Assembly (NCBI GenBank): GCA_037442205.1
Contig: JBBIQS010000039.1
Coordinates: forward strand, 6,102-70,101
DNA: 64,000 nucleotides
Origin: Myxococcales bacterium
GTDB lineage: Bacteria; Myxococcota; Myxococcia; Myxococcales; UBA5297
Reading direction: 5' to 3'
Below the pieces are notes generated by a model. The model had not been told where the DNA came from. It made no database searches and saw only the letters and a program-made list of their open reading frames with translations. Below are positions 1-11,400 of the stretch, piece after piece; positions within the stretch are counted from its first letter, which is position 1, and every line of letters begins with the position of its first letter. The position numbers were made by a program, and so were the translations under genes.

Positions 1-2394
1 CGGGCGCACCTGCAGCACGTACAGCGTCGGGAGCTCCGGCTCCTTGCCGCTCTCCGTGCTCTTGCCCCAGTCCGCGGAGTCGAGCGCGAACTCGATTTCC
101 ACCGGGCAGCCCAGCCCTTCGGTGAACTGCTTGAGCAGCGCCGCCAGCGCCGGCGCCAGCGCCAGCGCGTCCCACTTCAGGATGTTGTGGAAGGTCACCA
201 CCCGCGGCCCGGGCAGGGTCAGGTTGTCGCGGATCACGTCGTCGTCGGGGCTGTAGACGCTGCCCACCAGCTTCAGCGTGCCGTCGGATTCGGCGTCGGA
301 GAGCTCGTACTGGCGCAGCGAGGCCTCGGGCCCGGCGAGGAAGTCGGTGCGCGGTACCGACAGATCGCAGGCCCAGAACCTCTTCTGGCTGAACTGCAGG
401 TAGTCCTTGGCGCTGCCGAACTGCGGCAGGATCGAGGGGGTGCTCGGCGAGAACTGCAGGCTGGCCCCGCCCTGGACGATGGTCTGCCCCAGCCCCAGCG
501 CCACCATCGCCAGCCCCTCCTCCGCCTTCTGGTGGCCCACCGGGTAGTAGTTGTAGGAAACCGCCACTCCGGCGATCGCCGGGTAGAAGCGCTCGCAGTA
601 GCTGCGCCCCACCATCTCCTGGATCAGCACCGCCATCTTCTCTTCTTCGATCGAGTACGGGGTCCCGGCGATATAGGCCCTCGCGTCGGCGGAGTAGGTG
701 GAGGCGTAGACGCTCTTGATCGCCTGGCACAGCTCCTGGAACCGCACCTCCGGGTCGGAGTGGTTGTTGGGGAGCATGTAGGTGGCGTAGATGCCGGCGA
801 AGGGCTGCAGCTGGCTGTCCTCGAGCAGGCTCGAGGAGCGGACCGCCAGCGGCCCCTTCATCGAGGCCACCGCCCGCCGCAGGTCGCTCATCAGCCCGTC
901 GCTGAGCTTGCCGGCCAGGCAGCGCCTGAGCACCGCCTTCTCGTCGAGCGAGGCCAGCCCGCCCTCCAGGATCTTGTTGGTCTCGAGGAAGCGGTCGAAC
1001 TCGTCGGTGGGCACCACCACCGAGCGCGGGATGCGCAGGTGCAGGTCGGAGAACCGCTTGTCCAGGTCGCTGCGCGCCAGGATCGAGCTGACGAAGGCCA
1101 GCCCGCGCGCCTTGCCGCCGATGGACCCCTTGCCCAGGCGCACGAACTGGCTGCCGGCCGCGTTGCGGTTGGAGAAGTCGGTGACCACGCCCTCGCTCTG
1201 CTTGAGGCGGGCCTGCTCCAGGGCGCGCAGCAGGTAGCCGCGCAGCCCCTCGACCCCGCCGAACTCGGCGGAGGTGCGCGGGCGCAGGTCCTGGGCCACC
1301 AGGAACATCGAGCGGGCCATCAGCCACAGCGAGAAGTGGTTGCGGGTAGCGTGGTACTCCACCGAGGCCGCCGGGACGGTGCGCAGCACCTGCTCCAGCT
1401 CGTACATGTGGCGGGCACGGCCGACCTCGGTCCGGTCGGGGAGGCGGAAGACGAAGTCGCCGAAGCCCAGCGACTCGTTGACGAAGAGGCGGATCTGCTT
1501 GAGCAGGCTGTCCGAGCTCTTGTCGGCGAACTGCACCCCCACCTCGGCGGCCAGCTTGGCGATGTCCGGCTCGGCCGACTGGAGCATCACCGCCAGGTCC
1601 GGGTTCTCGGCCCGCAGGGTCATGATCAGGTCGATCCCGGCCTTGGGATCCTCCTCGCCGCGGCGCGGGAAGCGCACGTCGCTGATCACCGCGATCACGT
1701 ACTCCTGGAAGCGCCGGTAGTGGCCCATCGCCTCTTCGTAGCTGCGCGCCAGCAGGAGCTTGGGGCGGGCCCGCATCCGCATCATCCGGTGCAGGTCGTT
1801 GACGCCCTCGCTGGCCAGCGAGCCCGACTGCTGCATCAGCTCGGCGTAGAGCAGCGAGAGGATCGACGAGTAGCGGCGGACCGAGTCCTCGACCACGATG
1901 ATCACCCGCACCCCGGCGCCGCCGGTGTCGTGGGGGGCGTTGCGCTGGTCCTCCACCAGCTTGACGATGGCCAGGATGATGCGGGCGTCGCCGGTCCACC
2001 AGAAGACGTGGTCCACCGCCTTGGGGTCGACGCCGCCCGGGAAGTGGGTGAGGTCGGCCTCGGTGAGCACCAACAGGACCACCGGCATGTAGGGGTAGCG
2101 CTCCTTGACCCGGCGGCCGAACGCCGACACGTCGGTGTCGGCGATGCGGACCATGGTCACCACCAGGTCGAAGCGCCGCTCGGCCAAGAGCTCCATCGCC
2201 TTGGCGCCGGTGGCGACATGGGTGATGCGCGGGGCGCTGGAGAGGTTGAGCTCGCTGTACTCGGTGAAGATGCGCTCGGTGAGCCGGCCGTCCTCCTCGA
2301 GGGCAAACGCGTCGTAGGGCGAGCTGACGAGCAGGATCTCGCGGACCCGGTACGGCATCAGGTCGTGGAAGCGCAGGTACCAGGGTTCCTGCAT
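1..2394 (-). CDS. Response-regulator receiver fused to a PEP/pyruvate-binding (PpsA/PPDK N-terminal ATP-grasp) domain; C-terminus cut by the window edge
   Basis: It is absent from the ORF track because it runs off position 1. My manual reverse translation from the ATG (complement of 2392-2394) gives MQEPWYLRFHDLMPYRVREILLVSSPYDAF...FDLVVTMVRIAD (receiver-like). It continues ...FVRLGKGSIGGKARGLAF...GPLAVRSSSLLEDS...AVLIQEMV, which are PPDK_N-type motifs. The frame stays open for 798 codons down to nt 1. Confidence 0.8.
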   Translation of the reverse strand, partial: MQEPWYLRFHDLMPYRVREILLVSSPYDAFALEEDGRLTERIFTEYSELNLSSAPRITHVATGAKAMELLAERRFDLVVTMVRIADTDVSAFGRRVKERYPYMPVVLLVLTEADLTHFPGGVDPKAVDHVFWWTGDARIILAIVKLVEDQRNAPHDTGGAGVRVIIVVEDSVRRYSSILSLLYAELMQQSGSLASEGVNDLHRMMRMRARPKLLLARSYEEAMGHYRRFQEYVIAVISDVRFPRRGEEDPKAGIDLIMTLRAENPDLAVMLQSAEPDIAKLAAEVGVQFADKSSDSLLKQIRLFVNESLGFGDFVFRLPDRTEVGRARHMYELEQVLRTVPAASVEYHATRNHFSLWLMARSMFLVAQDLRPRTSAEFGGVEGLRGYLLRALEQARLKQSEGVVTDFSNRNAAGSQFVRLGKGSIGGKARGLAFVSSILARSDLDKRFSDLHLRIPRSVVVPTDEFDRFLETNKILEGGLASLDEKAVLRRCLAGKLSDGLMSDLRRAVASMKGPLAVRSSSLLEDSQLQPFAGIYATYMLPNNHSDPEVRFQELCQAIKSVYASTYSADARAYIAGTPYSIEEEKMAVLIQEMVGRSYCERFYPAIAGVAVSYNYYPVGHQKAEEGLAMVALGLGQTIVQGGASLQFSPSTPSILPQFGSAKDYLQFSQKRFWACDLSVPRTDFLAGPEASLRQYELSDAESDGTLKLVGSVYSPDDDVIRDNLTLPGPRVVTFHNILKWDALALAPALAALLKQFTEGLGCPVEIEFALDSADWGKSTESGKEPELPTLYVLQVRP

Positions 2395-2631
2395 GTGGGC
2401 GGGCTGTCGGCGGGTCGAGAGCAAGGCGCTGGGTTCCCCGTGCGGTGAGGGAGCTTTGAACGGCCGGCTGATCGGCCGGTTCTTGTGGGAGCGACGGCGG
2501 TGCATTTTAGCCCGGACCACGCCTAAGAAACGCGGCTCAATGGCGAAAAATGGACAGCCTGGCTCCGGGGCGGGAAGTCCTGCGGGCGAGCGTGGCGAGC
2601 GACCGCGTGCGCTGCTGGCGCGAAACGCGCA

Positions 2632-2665
2632 CCCAAAAGCAAAGCCGGGCGATCGCTCGCCCGGC
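2632..2665 (-). terminator. Rho-independent terminator downstream of gdhA
   Basis: There is a perfect 9-bp stem, GCCGGGCGA/TCGCCCGGC (2644-2665), with a 4-nt loop. On the minus strand it is followed by TTTGCTTTTGGG (complement of 2632-2643), about 35 nt after the gdhA stop. Confidence 0.6.
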
Positions 2666-2699
2666 CTCGCGCAACTGCTCGTTCGGCTCGCTCAGCCGC

Positions 2700-4097
<1,398 letters not shown>

Positions 4098-4435
4098 TCA
4101 GGAAGGCGTCCGGGGGCCCCGGAATAGAGGCCGACGGCCTTCCACAGCGGCGGGCGTCTTACGCCCAACATCCCGTAATGTCAATCGTTTCTGGGAATCG
4201 GACATGACGCGCCAGGCTAGGTCCCCAAAGCCCTTGGGGAAACCGTCCGGCCGGCCCATGGCCCGCCGTCCGCGCAGTAGGCCGGGCGGCGAAACCTGGG
4301 CTTCTGGGGGCCATCGGCGAGGCTAATGGCAATCGGCCCGGGGCCGTTCGTAGATCCGAGAATCGGCGACCGGATCCGCCGGCGCGGGCGTATAAAGCTG
4401 CGCCGGCCAGCGGGACAGCCGGCGAGGGCGCGACC

Positions 4436-5554
4436 GTGGCGGCACCGACCGACTGGGAACGAAAGCTGGAGGACGCGCTGGTGCGGGTCCAGGGCGCCAT
4501 CGCCCGGGCCCAGGCCCGCCACGAGGCCGAGCTGCGCGCCCAGGGGCAGCAGCCGCGCTCGCCCTTCGACTTCGACTGGCTGGCGGCCCGGGAGGTCGTC
4601 CGGATGCGGCGCCGGCGGGCCCGCCACCGCTGGCGCCTGGAGCGCAAGCAGTGGAAGAAGCAGTTCCGCCGCGCCCGGCTCGAGCGCGCCAGCCGCTTCA
4701 AGGGCTATCTCTTCGCCGCCCTGGCGCTGCTATTCCTGGTCCAGATGACGGTCGATCCCCAGGTGCTCTGGTGGATGGTCTTCCTCGCCCTGGGGTTCGG
4801 GCAGGCATCGCTGCGCAACTTCGTCCACGTGCGCCAGCGAGAGGAGCTGGAGGCCCAGGAGCGGGCGGCGCTCCCCTCCCCCGAGAGCGCCGAGGCCCCG
4901 CCGCCGCGCGAAGCGGCCGAGAAAGCGGCACGCGCCGGCGACGGCTCGATCGACCAGCGGCTGCGGCGAATCGACGGCCTTTGCGACAAGCTGCTGGGCG
5001 AGATCAAGAACGGCCGCCCGGTGTTGCAGACGGTCGTCCAGAACCCTGAGCAGACCATCAAGGCGCTGCGCGCCACCTGCCACGAGCTGGCGCGAAGGGA
5101 GCAGGCGCTGCGGGCGCTGGTGACCCGCGAGGACGAGCAGCGGCTGGAGGCCGAGCGCGACGGGCTGGCGATGCGCATCGGGCAGGAGCAGGACGAGGTG
5201 GTCCGCTCGCGCCTGGGCTCGGCCCTGGCCGCGCTCGACGAGCAGGTGCGCCGGCGCAGGGACCTGGCGGTCGACGCCGCGCGGCTGGAGGCCGAGAGCA
5301 CCCGGCTGCTCTACACGCTCGAGAGCCTCTACACCCAGGTCCTCCGGGTCCGCTCGGCCGACGCCGCCTCGTCGGAGGTGGTGGGCGCCGGGCTGCGCCA
5401 GAGCCTGGAGCAGTTGGGCCTGGAGATCGACTCGGTGGCCGAGGCCCTGGAGCAGGTCGGCCGCGACGACCTATCGCGCGCCGGGGTGACCGCCGTTTCG
5501 CCGCTCGGCTCCGAGGAGCCTGCTCGCTCGCCCAGCGAGCGCGAGCGCAGCTGA
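4436..5554 (+). CDS. Hypothetical membrane protein with a long C-terminal coiled-coil
   Basis: The 372-aa ORF starts with GTG. It has a basic stretch, two hydrophobic helices (GYLFAALALLFLVQM / WWMVFLALGFG), and an E/R/L-rich helical region. Its composition differs from the shadow ORFs around it. I recognised no family. Confidence 0.55.
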   Translation: MAAPTDWERKLEDALVRVQGAIARAQARHEAELRAQGQQPRSPFDFDWLAAREVVRMRRRRARHRWRLERKQWKKQFRRARLERASRFKGYLFAALALLFLVQMTVDPQVLWWMVFLALGFGQASLRNFVHVRQREELEAQERAALPSPESAEAPPPREAAEKAARAGDGSIDQRLRRIDGLCDKLLGEIKNGRPVLQTVVQNPEQTIKALRATCHELARREQALRALVTREDEQRLEAERDGLAMRIGQEQDEVVRSRLGSALAALDEQVRRRRDLAVDAARLEAESTRLLYTLESLYTQVLRVRSADAASSEVVGAGLRQSLEQLGLEIDSVAEALEQVGRDDLSRAGVTAVSPLGSEEPARSPSERERS

Positions 5555-5669
5555 CGGCGCTCGACAGAGGGGCCTCGCCGGGGAGCCCGTCCCCGGGCCG
5601 GGCTGTTCTCACCGCCGCCGCCGGCCGTAGCTTCTCCAATGCCCAGCAGGTCTCGGGCGAGGAGGGGGT

Positions 5670-6185
5670 ATGCACAAGATCATTCCGGCGCTGGCAGCGT
5701 TGGCGGTCCTGGCCACGAGCGCGGTCGCGGCAGGTACCCCGAAACGCAGCTCCAAGCACACGCAGATGGACGAGGGGACCTCGTCGTCCAGCACCGACCA
5801 GAGCCAGAGCGCCACCGGCGGTTCGGCCGGCTCTGAGCAGGGCACCATGGGCTCGACCATGGGCTCCAGCTCGACCGCCGGCAGCCAGCAGCTGCAGGGC
5901 GTGGTGAAGAGCTACGACAAGGCCAAGAACCAGCTCACCATCCAGCTGCCGCTGTCGCCCAACGCCACCATCACCAAGAACGGCCAGGTGGCCCGCAGCA
6001 GCGACATCAAGGCCGGCCAGGAAGTGCGCGCCAACTACGACCCGAGCTCCAACAACATCAGCAGCCTGGACATCACCTCCGCCGGCACCGGCGGCACCGG
6101 CGCCTCGAGCAGCGATTCCAGCAAGAGCGACTCGAGCAAGAGCGATTCCAGCAAGAGCGACAGCAGCAGCGACATCAACAAGTAG
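5670..6185 (+). CDS. Secreted Ser/Thr/Gly-rich protein with a C-terminal SKSDS repeat
   Basis: A strong RBS (GAGGAGGGGG) lies 3 nt before the ATG. The signal peptide is MHKIIPALAALAVLATSAVAAG. A small folded-looking core (QLQGVVKSYDKAKNQLTIQLP...) sits between low-complexity Ser-rich tracts. Confidence 0.7.
   Translation: MHKIIPALAALAVLATSAVAAGTPKRSSKHTQMDEGTSSSSTDQSQSATGGSAGSEQGTMGSTMGSSSTAGSQQLQGVVKSYDKAKNQLTIQLPLSPNATITKNGQVARSSDIKAGQEVRANYDPSSNNISSLDITSAGTGGTGASSSDSSKSDSSKSDSSKSDSSSDINK
6111..6170 (+). repeat. Four copies of a 15-nt in-frame tandem repeat (AGCGAYTCNAGCAAG) encoding (SDSSK)n
   Basis: Read directly: agcgattccagcaag / agcgactcgagcaag / agcgattccagcaag / agcgacagcagcagc. 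Confidence 0.9.
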
Positions 6186-6382
6186 CTGGCCGCGCCGAGC
6201 GGTCGGCAGCCCCCTGCCCTGAGCCGAGCGCTGGCTCGCCTGCAGGGCCGGGGCCGCGGGAGAGGCGCGCCGCCCGAGCGGTGCGCCCTCCCTCGGGCAA
6301 GGCGAGCGCGAACGCGGCCGGTCCCGCGTCGCCCCCGGGACCGCGCTAGAGTGTCGCGCGAACCCTTTCCGCCTGGACCGCC

Positions 6383-7570
6383 ATGCGCTTCGAGTTCTGC
6401 AACCCCACCCGGCTGCTCTTCGGCGCCGGCAACCTGGACCGCCTGGGCGAGGAGGTCCGCCGCCTCGGCAAGCGGGCGCTGCTGGTGATCGGCGGCCGCA
6501 GCGCCAAGGCCGGCGGCACCTTCGACCGCGCCAGCGCCAGCCTCAAGGCCGCCGGAGTTTCGGCGGTGGAGATGGAGGGGATCGAGCCCAATCCCCGGCT
6601 GTCGACGGTGGCCCGGGGTGCGGCGCTCGCCCGCCGCGAGGCGGTGGACGTGGTGGTCGGGCTGGGCGGCGGCAGTGCCATGGACGCGGCCAAGGTGATC
6701 GCCGCCAGCGTCTTCTACGAGGGCGAGCTGTGGGAGATGTTCGTCCGCGGCCCCGGGGCCAGCCGCCCGCCGAGCCGCGCCCTGCCGATCGTCACCGTCC
6801 CCACCCTGGCCGCCACCGGCTCGGAGATGAACTGCGGCGCGGTGGTCACCAACGAGAAGACCACCGAGAAGAGCATCGTCCAGGCGAGCTGTCTGTACCC
6901 GCGGCTGGCGCTGGTCGATCCCGAGCTGACCCTGACCGTGCCGGCCAGCCACACCGCCTACGGCATCGCCGACCTGCTCACCCACGTCACCGAGGGCTAC
7001 TTCAACGGCGTCGACGGCACCCCGCTGCAGGACCGCTTCGCCGAGGGCGTGGTCCACACCGCGCTGGAGTGGGGTCCCAAGGCGGTGGCCAACGGCCGCG
7101 ACCTGGAGGCGCGCACCCAGATCCAGTGGTGCTCGGTGGTGGCGCTCAACGGCTGGGTGCAGGCCGGGGTCAGGGGCCCGTTCCCGGCGCACATCCTGGA
7201 GCACGCGCTGTCGGCGCACCACGACGTGCCCCACGGCGCCGGGCTGGCGGTGATCTCGCCGGCCTGGATGCGGCTGGCGGCGGCCCAGCGCCCGGAGAAG
7301 TTCGCCCAGTTCGGCGAGCGGCTCTTCGGCCTCGAGCCCCGCCCCGGCCACGAGCGCGAGCTGGCCCAGGAGGCCATCGGCAGGTACCAGGCCTTCCTCC
7401 ACAGCCTGGGCTGCCCGACCCGCCTGTCCGAGCTGGGCATCGGCCGGGAGAACCTCGCCCGCTTCGCCCAGGACGCGCTGCGCCTGGTCCGCGACCGCGA
7501 GAACCGGCTTCCGGGGAGACCGGCGCTGTCGGAGGCCGAGCTGGTGCGGCTTCTCGAATCGGCGCTGTGA
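6383..7570 (+). CDS. Iron-containing (group III) alcohol dehydrogenase, YqhD/butanol-dehydrogenase-like
   Basis: The 395-aa ORF contains ...VVGLGGGSAMDAAK... (the Fe-ADH NAD(P)-binding motif) and the downstream His cluster HxxxH (SAHHDVPHGAG). Confidence 0.9.
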   Translation: MRFEFCNPTRLLFGAGNLDRLGEEVRRLGKRALLVIGGRSAKAGGTFDRASASLKAAGVSAVEMEGIEPNPRLSTVARGAALARREAVDVVVGLGGGSAMDAAKVIAASVFYEGELWEMFVRGPGASRPPSRALPIVTVPTLAATGSEMNCGAVVTNEKTTEKSIVQASCLYPRLALVDPELTLTVPASHTAYGIADLLTHVTEGYFNGVDGTPLQDRFAEGVVHTALEWGPKAVANGRDLEARTQIQWCSVVALNGWVQAGVRGPFPAHILEHALSAHHDVPHGAGLAVISPAWMRLAAAQRPEKFAQFGERLFGLEPRPGHERELAQEAIGRYQAFLHSLGCPTRLSELGIGRENLARFAQDALRLVRDRENRLPGRPALSEAELVRLLESAL

Positions 7571-7595
7571 GCCGCCGCCGGGCTAAGCTCTGACC

Positions 7596-8396
7596 ATGCG
7601 CTCGTTCCTGCGAAATCTCCTCTGGCTGTGCGCGATCGCCACCGCGAGCGCCGCCGGCTCGATCGGCTGGCTGCTGTTGGTGCGCCGGGTGGTGGGCCCG
7701 GCGCTCCTGCGCGCCGACAACGACGTCGCCGGCAACTACCTGCAGACGCTGGGGACGGTCTACGCGGTGGTGCTGGCCTTCGTGGTCTACGTGGTCTGGA
7801 GCCAGTTCAACGAGGCCCGCGCCGCGGTGCAGAGCGAAGCCAACGAGATCTCCGACCTCTTCCGGACCGTCCACGGCCTGGGCGAGCCGACCCGCCGGCG
7901 GGTGCGGTCGCTGCTGACCGACTACGTCCAGCTGGTGGCCCGCGAGGAGTGGGCGGCGATGGGCAGGGGCCGCTCCCTGCCGGCGGCCCAGGCGATCCTC
8001 GACCAGGTGTGGGCGGCGCTGGAGGCGGCCGAGCCGGCGACCGCGCGCGCCGAGGTCATCTACTCCGAGGCGCTGGGCCGCTTCAACGACCTGAGCGACC
8101 GGCGCAGCCACCGCCTCTTCACCGCCCGGCTTCGCCTTCCGCCGCTGATGTGGACGCTGCTGCTCGCCGGCGCGGCCCTCACCGTCGGCTCGATGGCCCT
8201 GTTCGGCCTCGACACCTTCGCCTCCCACGCCCTGATGACCGCCTCGCTGGCCGGGCTCATCGGCTTCATCCTCTTCGTGGTCTACGACCTGGACAATCCG
8301 TTCTGGGGCGCCTGGCGCGTCGGTCCCTCGCCGCTGCTGCGGGCGATCGCCGAGGACACTCCCCAGCCCGCCGCCAGCCGGGACGCCGCCGCCTGA
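7596..8396 (+). CDS. Membrane protein, DUF4239-like
   Basis: The 266-aa ORF has N-terminal and C-terminal TM helices and a YAVVLAFVVYVVWSQFNEARAAVQSEANEISDL segment that I associate with DUF4239. The family call is from memory only. Confidence 0.65.
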   Translation: MRSFLRNLLWLCAIATASAAGSIGWLLLVRRVVGPALLRADNDVAGNYLQTLGTVYAVVLAFVVYVVWSQFNEARAAVQSEANEISDLFRTVHGLGEPTRRRVRSLLTDYVQLVAREEWAAMGRGRSLPAAQAILDQVWAALEAAEPATARAEVIYSEALGRFNDLSDRRSHRLFTARLRLPPLMWTLLLAGAALTVGSMALFGLDTFASHALMTASLAGLIGFILFVVYDLDNPFWGAWRVGPSPLLRAIAEDTPQPAASRDAAA

Positions 8397-8459
8397 GCTC
8401 GCTTTGCTGGGGGCCCCCCGAAATACCGGCGGCGACGGCGGGGCCGGTTTAGTGCCACA

Positions 8460-11400
8460 ATGGCCTCACGGACGGCCATGGCCAGCGAACCCAACCCCAG
8501 CGAACGGCTGCTCTTCGCCCTGCTCGCGGTCGAGCTCGACTGCTCCTCGCCGGTGGACGTGGCGGAGTCGCTGGCCGAGTGCCCGGCCGAAGGCGGCTAC
8601 GCCCCGCTGGCCGAGGCGCTGGCCCGCCGCGGGCTGACAGCCGAGCGGCGCCGGGACATCGAGCAGTCGCTGTCGCGCATCGCCGCCAACCAGATGGCCA
8701 CCCTGGCCGAGCCCATCGCCGCCCAGCGCAAGGACGAGCGCCAGCGCTCCGCGCAGGCCGCCGCCGAGGCCCGGCAGGCGGTGCGCGAGGACGAGCTCAA
8801 CCTCCCCGGCGAGCGGGCCGGCCGCTACCTCGTCAAGGGCGTCCACGGCCGCGGCGGCCAGGCCAAGGTGCTGCTGGCCTTCGACGAGGAGATGGACCGC
8901 GAGGTGGCGCTCAAGGTGATGCGCAACCCCGGCACCTCCAGCAGCATGCCGCCCTACTCCAGCATGCGCTCCACCCCCGGGGCGCTGCGCTTTTTGCGCG
9001 AGGCCAAGGTCACCGCCTCGCTCGAGCACCCGAACATCGTCCCGGTCCACGAGCTGGGCCGGCGCGAGGACGGCTCGCTCTACTACACCATGCGGCTGGT
9101 GCGCGGCCGGACCCTGGCCAAGTCGCTGGAGGAATGCAAGACCCTCGCCGAGCGGCTCAAGCGCATCGGCAGCTTCTGGGACGTGTGCAACGCCGTCGCC
9201 TTCGCCCACAGCAAGGGCGTGATCCACCGCGACCTCAAGCCCGAGAACATCATGGTGGGCGAGTTCGGCGAGACGGTGCTGCTGGACTGGGGCGTGGCCA
9301 AGGTCCACGGCGAGCGGGACATCGGCGCCAGCGACCTCAAGCGCGAGATCGACCGCCTCCACCAGGACAGCGACCGCACCCAGGCCGGCACCGCGGTCGG
9401 CACTCCGTCCTACATGAGCCCGGAGCAGGCGATGGGGCTGGTCGACGAGATCGACGGCCGCTCCGACGTGTGGGGGCTGGGGGCGGTGCTCTACGAGATC
9501 CTCACCGGCCGGCCGCCGTTCAAGGGCCAGACCCCGGTGCAGACCCTGGACGCGGTGGTCAACAAGCCGCACCTGCCGGTGCGCACCGCGGTCCCCGAGG
9601 CCCCGCGCGAGCTGACGGCCATCGCCGAGAAGTGCCTGCAGAAGGAGAAGGCCGACCGCTACCAGTCCGCCCACGAGCTGGCCACCGAGATCGAGGCCTT
9701 CATGACCGGCGGGCGGGTGCACGCCTACCACTACTCGAGCTTGGAGCTGGTGCGCCGCTTCTACGCCCAGAACCGGGCGGCGGTGGTGGCGGCCGGGCTC
9801 TTGCTGGCAGTGATCGTGGCCGCGCTGATTTCGGTCAGCGTGGCCCTCAAGTCCGAGACGCAGGCCCGGGCCCGCGAGTACCAGGAGCGGCTCACCGCCA
9901 ACTTCCATCTGGCCCAGGCCTTCGCCGAGAAGGCCGATCGGATGTCCGAGGACCAGCGCTTCCTGTCGACGGCGCTCTTCGCCTCGGCCTCGCTGCTGCA
10001 CAACCCGGCCCACCCGCTGAGCCCGTTCTTCGACCCCGGCTTCGCGGCCCAGGTCCCGGCCAGCGAGCAGAGCCGGGTGGGCGCCGCCTCGCAGACCTAC
10101 CGCGCCGGCTTCGGCACCTACGCCACCCTCTCCCGCTCGCTTTCCACCGGGGACGTCGCCGACCAGGTCGCCTTCTCCCGCGACGGGACGCTGCTCGTCG
10201 CCGCCAGCGGCCAGCGGGTGGTCCGCTTCCGCCTGCCCGGCGGCGAGCCGCTGCCTCCGCTGTCCGGGGGCCACCAGGAGTACATCTACGGCGTCGCCAT
10301 CTCGCCCGACGCCAGCCTGATCGCCTCCTGCGACCGGGCCGGCCAGGTGGTGGTCTGGGACGCCGCCGCCGCCAAGCCGCGCTTCCAGCTCAAGGCCCAC
10401 GAGGGCGCGGCCCACAACGTGGCATTCACCCCCGACGGAACCCGGCTGGTCTCCTCCGGCTACGACGGCACCCTCAAGGTGATCGACCTGGCCGACGGCA
10501 AGATCGCCGCCTCCCTCGCCACCCCTGCCCAGCACCTCAACAGCCTGGCGCTCTCAGCCGACGGCAAGCTGGCCGCGGTCAGCGCCGACGACCACCTGGC
10601 GCGGATCATCGACCTCGCCACCGGCAAGCCGCTGCCCCAGGTCTTCGCCCACGACAGCATCGCGCTGGCCGCCTCCTTCTCCCCCGACGGCACGCTGCTG
10701 GCCACCGGCTCCGAGGACCGGCGGGTGCGGATCTGGGAGGCGGCCACCGGCAAGCTCTTGCACACGCTGGAGGGCCACCGCGACGGCGTCCCTGGCCTCG
10801 ACTGGTCGCCCGACGGCAAGCTGCTGGGCACGGTCGGCTGGGACAAGAGCACCCGGCTCTGGGACGTGGCCGAGGGGCTTCCGCTGATCACCCTCGGCTC
10901 GCACGACGACCTCTCCTACGGCATCGCCTTCGCCCCCGACGGCCGCTCCTTCGCCACCACGGGCTACGACAAGGTCGTCAAGCTGTGGCAGCTGCGCCAG
11001 GCACCCGGGCTGACCACCCTGCGCGGCCACAGCGGAGTGATCTACGGGCTGGCCTTCTCCAGGGACGGCAGCCGGCTGGCCTCGGGCAGCTGGGACAAGA
11101 AGGTCATCGTCTGGGACCTCAAGTCGCACAAGCCGCTGGCCACCCTCTCCGGCCACACCGAGGCCATCGACGGCGGGGTGGCGCTGGACGCCGAGGCCCG
11201 GCGGGCGGTCTCCGGCGGCCGCGACGGCACGGTGCGGATCTGGGACGTGGCCTCCGGCAAGCCCCTGCACGTGCTGCAGAGCAGCAAGTCGATCGTCTAC
11301 GGCATCTCGATGTCCCCCGACGGCCGGCTGGCGGCCTCCTCCGGCCAGGACGCCCGGGTCCACCTCTGGGACGTGGAGAGCGGGGCCGAGCTGCGCACCC

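Noticed and set aside
187-2448. 753-aa plus-strand ORF
   Set aside because: It is the antisense shadow of the receiver/PEP-binding gene on the minus strand. Its translation is Arg/Gly/Ala/His/Val-rich low-complexity sequence (…GVGELVLAQRGLGPGEEVGARYRQ…) with no recognisable domain, while the opposite strand gives clear family motifs.
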